From positions 12,896,001 through 12,960,000 of the forward strand of contig NC_043021.1 in the NCBI RefSeq assembly GCF_006345805.1: 64,000 nt of DNA. Reading direction: 5' to 3'. Below, one piece after another: positions 61,177 through 64,000 of the stretch. How positions within the stretch are numbered: position 1 is the first letter of the stretch; every line of letters starts with the position of its first letter. Below the pieces are notes generated by a model, which was given only the letters and a program-made list of their open reading frames with translations, was not told the origin of the DNA and searched no databases. Source of the DNA: Octopus sinensis. Its lineage: Eukaryota. A program made the translations under genes and the position numbers.

Positions 61177-63990
61177 CATTATTATTATTATTATTATTAT
61201 TATTAATACCTTAGGAATGAGAACCCAGGTTCAAAATTTCCTCCCAAGACACCTGATGAAGGCTGGAGGGTATATCAGCCGAAATGTAGTGCTAACAACA
61301 AACAAGATGAGGACAAATATCCGTCAAATGTAAATAATGTAAACATATATGTGTGTTCTTGAGCAAGACACTTCATTTCATGTTGCTCCAGTCCACTCAG
61401 CTGGCAAGAATGAGTAGCCCTGCAAGGGACCGGTGTCCCATCCAAGTGGGGAATATATATGCCATGAAACTGGGAAACTGGCCCTTGTGGGTCAGTATGA
61501 CCCAAGAAGGTAACTTTACCAACTTTTTCTAGACTAAGATGGACCACCTCTTCCCAGAGAATTGGGTTTATAGAGGGCCAACACTCTTACCTGTAATGTT
61601 ATATGAGCAGTACTACTTACCTCCACCAACTGATAGAATATCACATGACTCTCACTGTTGGTGACAATTTGGTTGTAATCTTCAGGATTGAAATAGATGT
61701 AGTTCTACAAGAGAGAAAGAGAGACAAAAAAACAAAAAAAAAAACAAGGAGAGATAAGATAATACGTGTAGATGATAATTATTTATAAGACAATAATGAT
61801 AATTATATGTAGATTAGGCGTAGGAGTGGCTGTGTGGTAAGTAGCTTGCTTACGAACCACGTAGTTTCGGGTTCAGTCCCACTGCGTGATACCTTGGGCA
61901 AGTGTCTTACATTGACACAACGTAAAAAGCACACATGCTGGAGTCCTGTAAGAAGCACTTAGGCTGGTGCCATGTAGAAGCCTCTTGTATATTTATTAAC
62001 CAAGTCTTTACCTGTTGTTAAGCTGCCAGTAAATATATTTGTTAATCAAACACACACACTCTCTCTCTCTCTCAACATATTTTTCTCTCAACAACAAAAA
62101 CCTGTTTTTTTTTTCTTGAAACAAATCTTAATTCTATCCTTCACACATTCTTTCTCTCTCACTGAATTTCTCTCTCAACAACAACCTCTCATTATAGTGA
62201 AGGTCATTTTTTTAAAGTTTGTCTCTATGTTGAAAGACATAGAGAAATACAGATACACACACACAAACAACAAAAAGAATAATTATCTATATTATTATAT
62301 AGTGAAAGTATTTTTTAAGTCTGTGTTGCATAGTGTTGATAGACTTGCACTTAAAATTCCTGCATTTTTTATCAAAACTTGTTAGTTACAATGGTGACAA
62401 CACTATTATCTATCTATCTTTCACACACACTCTCACTATCTTACTGTATTTCTTTCTCAATTACAACTTTTTCTTCTCCCCCTTCACATATTTCTTGTGA
62501 TGGACAGGCAGATGGAGATCAGTTTCTCTTTTATGATATCAGATTTATGGTTAAAATGAATTTCTTTTTCGTAATAAGCATACAAAACTAAATCGGTATA
62601 ACCAAATTTGAAAAAAACTGGAAGCTAACTGAAAAAAATATGAAGTCTGTGACAGCAGCTGAAAAGATCCAAACTAAGTAATTCACAAACCCCAAACAAT
62701 ATTAAAGAATTATGTAAAATGTGTTGGTCATAAAAAAAGCCCTAAGCAAAGGAATGTAGAATGGTAACTTGCCTGTACTCCATATAGTGGTTTCAGATTT
62801 ACTGAGATTAAAGGTTTTTCTCCATTTACAGTCCAGTCCCAAAGGGAAAATTCCTAAATCAGGAAATAAAAAAAATTAAAATTTTTCTTTCACTCAAACA
62901 GCTGATGTCGCCCTTTTCTATTCATTAATCAATTTAATCAATCATCCATTGTCCTCTTTCTTATTTTTCACCAATCAGCAACTTGTATTCATTTTGCTCT
63001 TAATCATCAATTACCCAGCTTTCCTTTTCTCATTTTTCATCAATCAACTATACCTGTCACCACCTTTCTTGTTTTTATCACTCATCAATCAGTCAGCGCC
63101 TTTCTCATTTTCATCAATCAGCAACATATCATCGCCTTTCTCATTTTCATCAATCAACAACATATCATCACCTTTCTTGTTTTTGTTAATCCACCACTCA
63201 TCATCTTTCTTATTTTTATGCCAGCTGCACATAAAAAGCACCATTTGAGTATGGTCAATGTGCCAGTGGCATGTAAAAAGCACCCATTACACTGTCAGAG
63301 TGGTTGGTGTTTTCAGAATAGATGTGTGATGTGCCGTACCTCGTGGAGAGGGAAAATGTTTTGAAAGGGCAAGGAAAAAAATATAACGAATTGAGAATTT
63401 TGGAAAACAAATAATGATTTTCTGGTGCTACTTTGGTATGTGATCTTAAAGGGTGATTATTTTTGGTTATTTTTTAGTTTACTTTCCATTTTCTAATGGA
63501 ACAACAGTAAAATTTTGCCAGCTTTGCATTGCAAAACTCATAGCTAGCAACCTTGGAAATAGATATGAGCACCACTCTTCTTCTTAACTAAACAGTTTGC
63601 TACAAAACTATCCAGATAAACCATTGAACATGTTGGGCATGAATGGATTGATGTACGGTATAGTTAAAAAAAATTTGCCAGTTTTCAGGTAGAAAAAGCT
63701 GGAAAAATTCTTTGCTTTCCTTTTTGTACCCACCCCAAAATCTATGACCCTGAATCTATACTAGAGGTCAATGAGACAATAGCAACTTTTATGATGCCAA
63801 TGAACTACTCAGAAGGACCGTTAAATCTTTGTGGAAGGCCACAACTGGACACGACTGATGAACAACCAATTCAATTTCACTTACTTGATATTCACTTGCT
63901 GAGAGCGTGGCGAGGTATTTTGAGTCGGGTGTGAGAGCTATAGCTGTCATGCCATCAGCACTGGCACCAAACAGTGTTTGAATAGGAATG
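30438..63990 (-). CDS. CFAP251: Cilia- and flagella-associated protein 251 (WDR66), 3' 22 coding exons; 5' part lies beyond the window
   Basis: 22 exons totalling 2416 nt join in one frame to TAA at 30440-30438. WD40 repeats are followed by the C-terminal segment [19 protein letters not shown]...[16 protein letters not shown]...[16 protein letters not shown]...INHRP, which I recognise as CFAP251/WDR66. Confidence 0.93.
31234..31374 (-). CDS. CFAP251: CFAP251 exon
   Basis: 141 nt; [22 protein letters not shown]...[10 protein letters not shown](G)|gtaaac. Confidence 0.94.
31515..31890 (+). mobile_element. tRNA-derived SINE family E (other copies about 11850 (-) and 35360 (+))
   Basis: GGCCCAGTGGTTAGGGCAG...GGTTTCGATTCCC head and conserved body. 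Confidence 0.8.
32488..32976. mobile_element. Fold-back element, centre-deleted copy
   Basis: Same termini; CATATCTT duplicated at 32480-32487 and 32977-32984. Confidence 0.85.
32882..32928 (+). ncRNA. Minimal type-I hammerhead ribozyme motif (intact core)
   Basis: GACAC-CTGATGA-A-GGCTG(11 nt)CAGCC-GAAAC-GTT-GTGTT: stem I 5 bp, stem II 5 bp, palindromic ACGT stem III, GUU site. Confidence 0.7.
33834..33924 (-). CDS. CFAP251: CFAP251 exon
   Basis: 91 nt; [30 protein letters not shown]|gtaagt. Confidence 0.94.
34951..35056 (-). CDS. CFAP251: CFAP251 exon
   Basis: 106 nt; [35 protein letters not shown]|gtaaga. Confidence 0.95.
36105..36330. mobile_element. TTAA-flanked MITE family 2, piggyBac-type (other copies about 9640, 9850, 15800, 25810, 39430, 44657, 46180)
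   Basis: TTAACC(C)TTTA(G)CATTTAAAC ... GAATGCTAAAGGGTTAA termini. Confidence 0.7.
36390..36730 (+). repeat. 21-bp minisatellite (about 16 copies)
   Basis: CCCAGTGTTTGACTGGTTGAC units. Confidence 0.92.
37141..37269 (-). CDS. CFAP251: CFAP251 exon
   Basis: 129 nt; [42 protein letters not shown]|gtaagt. Confidence 0.94.
37418..37455 (+). ncRNA. Hammerhead-like motif of a second repeat family (core variant CUGUCGA)
   Basis: TCTTT-CTGTCGA-A-GAGC(GTAG)GCTC-GAAAC-GTA-AAAGA. Confidence 0.5.
38537..38628 (-). CDS. CFAP251: CFAP251 exon
   Basis: 92 nt; [30 protein letters not shown]|gtaggt. Confidence 0.93.
40299..40440 (-). CDS. CFAP251: CFAP251 exon
   Basis: 142 nt; [47 protein letters not shown]|gtaagt. 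Confidence 0.94.
40770..41155 (+). mobile_element. Mariner 3' fragment
   Basis: [29 protein letters not shown]...TLTLEDFQ...CIEV..SYFE, followed by a TIR-like end GAATGCACCTTGTA. Confidence 0.75.
41355..41437 (-). CDS. CFAP251: CFAP251 exon
   Basis: 83 nt; [27 protein letters not shown](K)|gtaagt. Confidence 0.93.
43140..43283 (-). CDS. CFAP251: CFAP251 exon
   Basis: 144 nt; [48 protein letters not shown]|gtaaga. Confidence 0.93.
43590..43820 (+). mobile_element. tRNA-derived SINE family C (other copies about 14615, 29580, 33305, 36855, 39030, 51705)
   Basis: GGCGGCGAGCTGACAGAAACGTTAG...GAGTTCAAATTCCGCCG...GTAAAGAAATA. Confidence 0.85.
44870..46176 (-). repeat. Tandem array of seven SINE-C units (167-184 bp, plus one headed unit)
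   Basis: One complete head at about 46176 followed by six headless units joined at GGTATTTC. Confidence 0.92.
46408..46569 (-). CDS. CFAP251: CFAP251 exon
   Basis: 162 nt; DSGYAVCLL...[17 protein letters not shown]...[10 protein letters not shown]|gtaagt. Confidence 0.93.
47300..47740 (+). mobile_element. Non-LTR retrotransposon fragment with CCHC-type knuckle, R4/Dong-like (RLE clade)
   Basis: KYLIKKR...[34 protein letters not shown] matches the C-x2-C-x7-H-x4-C-P..Y..RH motif preceding restriction-like endonucleases (His lost). Confidence 0.65.
47795..47934 (-). CDS. CFAP251: CFAP251 exon
   Basis: 140 nt; [46 protein letters not shown]|gtaagt. Confidence 0.93.
48640..48945 (-). mobile_element. 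CORE-type tRNA SINE family F (other copies about 12065, 16680, 21570, 29380, 61350)
   Basis: GGCTCAGAGGTTAG...GAGTTCAATTCCC head, TCTTGAGCAAGACACTTTATTT core. Confidence 0.7.
49590..49666 (-). CDS. CFAP251: CFAP251 exon
   Basis: 77 nt; [25 protein letters not shown](G)|gtaagc. Confidence 0.9.
49698..49802. mobile_element. Fold-back element, collapsed copy (outer ends only)
   Basis: Left terminus fused directly to CGAAACGTTGTGTT of the right arm; GCAAATAATG at 49683-49692 and 49803-49812. Confidence 0.75.
50637..50696 (-). CDS. CFAP251: CFAP251 exon
   Basis: 60 nt; [19 protein letters not shown]|gtatgt. Confidence 0.9.
50929..50998 (+). pseudogene. tRNA-like relic (GTG in the loop, His-like)
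   Basis: TTCGCTG/CAGAGAA acceptor, TGGTGTAATGG A box, perfect T arm GTGGG-TTCGAGT-CCCAC; anticodon arm irregular. Confidence 0.5.
51934..51989 (-). CDS. CFAP251: CFAP251 exon
   Basis: 56 nt; [18 protein letters not shown](R)|gtagga. Confidence 0.9.
52385..52770 (-). mobile_element. C2H2 zinc-finger-bearing fragment, probably the 3' end of a LINE
   Basis: [49 protein letters not shown]; (TACA)n on both sides; no splice signals seen. Confidence 0.55.
52803..53205 (+). mobile_element. tRNA-derived SINE family A (representative; other copies about 4985-5385, 23000-23410, 26230-26560, 28830-29180, 38090-38465, 41770-42180, 42340-42755, all minus)
   Basis: Head GGAGTGGCTGTGTGGTAAG...GGTTCAGTCCC, CORE-like CTTGGGCAAGTG, internal TA/TG microsatellite, tail GACTGAAACAAGTAAAAGAG. 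Confidence 0.85.
53244..53370 (-). CDS. CFAP251: CFAP251 exon
   Basis: 127 nt; [42 protein letters not shown]|gtaaac. Confidence 0.92.
53830..54680 (+). repeat. Compound (CA)n minisatellite
   Basis: Recurrent ACACAAGCAAACAGATACAACCATATGC between CA runs. Confidence 0.85.
54993..55055 (-). CDS. CFAP251: CFAP251 exon
   Basis: 63 nt; [20 protein letters not shown]|gtaagt. Confidence 0.9.
55262..55940. repeat. ~190-bp direct repeats flanking a 300-bp spacer
   Basis: 55262-55448 and 55750-55940 are nearly identical. Confidence 0.85.
56230..56353. mobile_element. ~125-bp mariner-type MITE (also 55120-55243; longer left ends at 49215 and 56770)
   Basis: TATGAGGGTATGCTGGAAAGTT ... AACTTTTCAGCATCCCCTCATGTA inverted termini within TA runs. 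Confidence 0.7.
56401..56586. mobile_element. MITE with ~45-bp terminal inverted repeats
   Basis: ATTTATTTACATATATACCAAACTAGTTCCAACAATATTTTTT ... AAAAAATATTGTTGAAACTAGTTTCGTATATATGTAAATAAAT. Confidence 0.7.
56955..57150 (-). mobile_element. RTE LINE 3' fragment
   Basis: [43 protein letters not shown]. Confidence 0.8.
57886..57954 (-). CDS. CFAP251: CFAP251 exon
   Basis: 69 nt; [22 protein letters not shown](R)|gtaagt. Confidence 0.92.
58020..58630 (+). repeat. Degenerate minisatellite (GTGAACAC-based 15/19-bp subunits)
   Basis: Recurrent GTGAACACTACAGTGAGTA and GTGAAACATGGTGTA. Confidence 0.8.
58803..59180 (-). mobile_element. Repeat family B with RTE-type (GAT)n tail (other copies about 7005, 11185 (+), 13765, 19950, 22285, 46733, 51181)
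   Basis: Conserved GGTTGGCGTTAGGAAGGGCATCC...GCATGGAAAGCGGACGTTAAACGATGATGAT; the same tail ends the RTE fragments at 6.0-6.4 kb and 7.8-8.5 kb. Confidence 0.8.
59277..59364 (-). CDS. CFAP251: CFAP251 exon
   Basis: 88 nt; [28 protein letters not shown]|gtgagt. Confidence 0.9.
60252..60420 (-). CDS. CFAP251: CFAP251 exon
   Basis: 169 nt; [29 protein letters not shown]...[14 protein letters not shown](G)|gtcggc. Confidence 0.9.
60683..61344. mobile_element. Fold-back element with both heads replaced by a ~345-bp ATT expansion
   Basis: Inverted arms at 60683-60860 and 61205-61344; low-complexity ATATATGT on both flanks. Confidence 0.8.
61248..61293 (+). ncRNA. Minimal type-I hammerhead ribozyme motif (GUA variant)
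   Basis: GACAC-CTGATGA-A-GGCTG..CAGCC-GAAAT-GTA-GTGCT. Confidence 0.55.
61621..61704 (-). CDS. CFAP251: CFAP251 exon
   Basis: 84 nt; [28 protein letters not shown]|gtaagt. Confidence 0.92.
62773..62853 (-). CDS. CFAP251: CFAP251 exon with probable GC donor
   Basis: 81 nt; [27 protein letters not shown]|gcaagt. Confidence 0.88.
63040..63200 (+). repeat. 36-bp tandem repeat (about 3-4 copies)
   Basis: AATCAGCAACATATCATCGCCTTTCTCATTTTCATC units. Confidence 0.75.
63885..63990 (-). CDS. CFAP251: CFAP251 exon
   Basis: 106 nt; [35 protein letters not shown]|gtaagt. Confidence 0.92.
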
Positions 63991-64000
63991 CTGAAAGAGA

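Noticed and set aside
60770-61333. 187-aa and 137-aa poly-L/I/Y ORFs
   Set aside because: (ATT)n expansion inside the fold-back element

Overview
AT-rich, microsatellite-dense eukaryotic genomic DNA. The SINE, RTE and mariner content and the repeat style suggest an octopus or other coleoid cephalopod; this is an inference, not proven. I reconstructed two spliced minus-strand genes by hand from splice sites and frame continuity. (1) The 3' 22 coding exons of a WD40/EF-hand-like ciliary gene, CFAP251/WDR66 (30438-63990, about 804 codons, 5' end outside the window), including one probable GC-AG intron. (2) A complete 7-exon PIGL gene (10974-27874, 261 aa). Almost all ORFs in the supplied track are microsatellite or repeat artefacts. 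Introns and intergenic DNA hold several tRNA-derived SINE families, RTE and R4/Dong-like LINE fragments, a full-length decayed mariner, Tc1/mariner relics, TTAA-flanked (piggyBac-type) MITEs and SINE-derived tandem arrays. The most interesting unexplained structure is a ~540-bp fold-back element present five times. Each arm has a tRNA-like Pol III head, an (AAT)n linker and a minimal type-I hammerhead ribozyme motif, and the copies are flanked by 8-11 bp target-site duplications. Further hammerhead-like motifs from other repeat families occur at 37418, 24185 and 56154.
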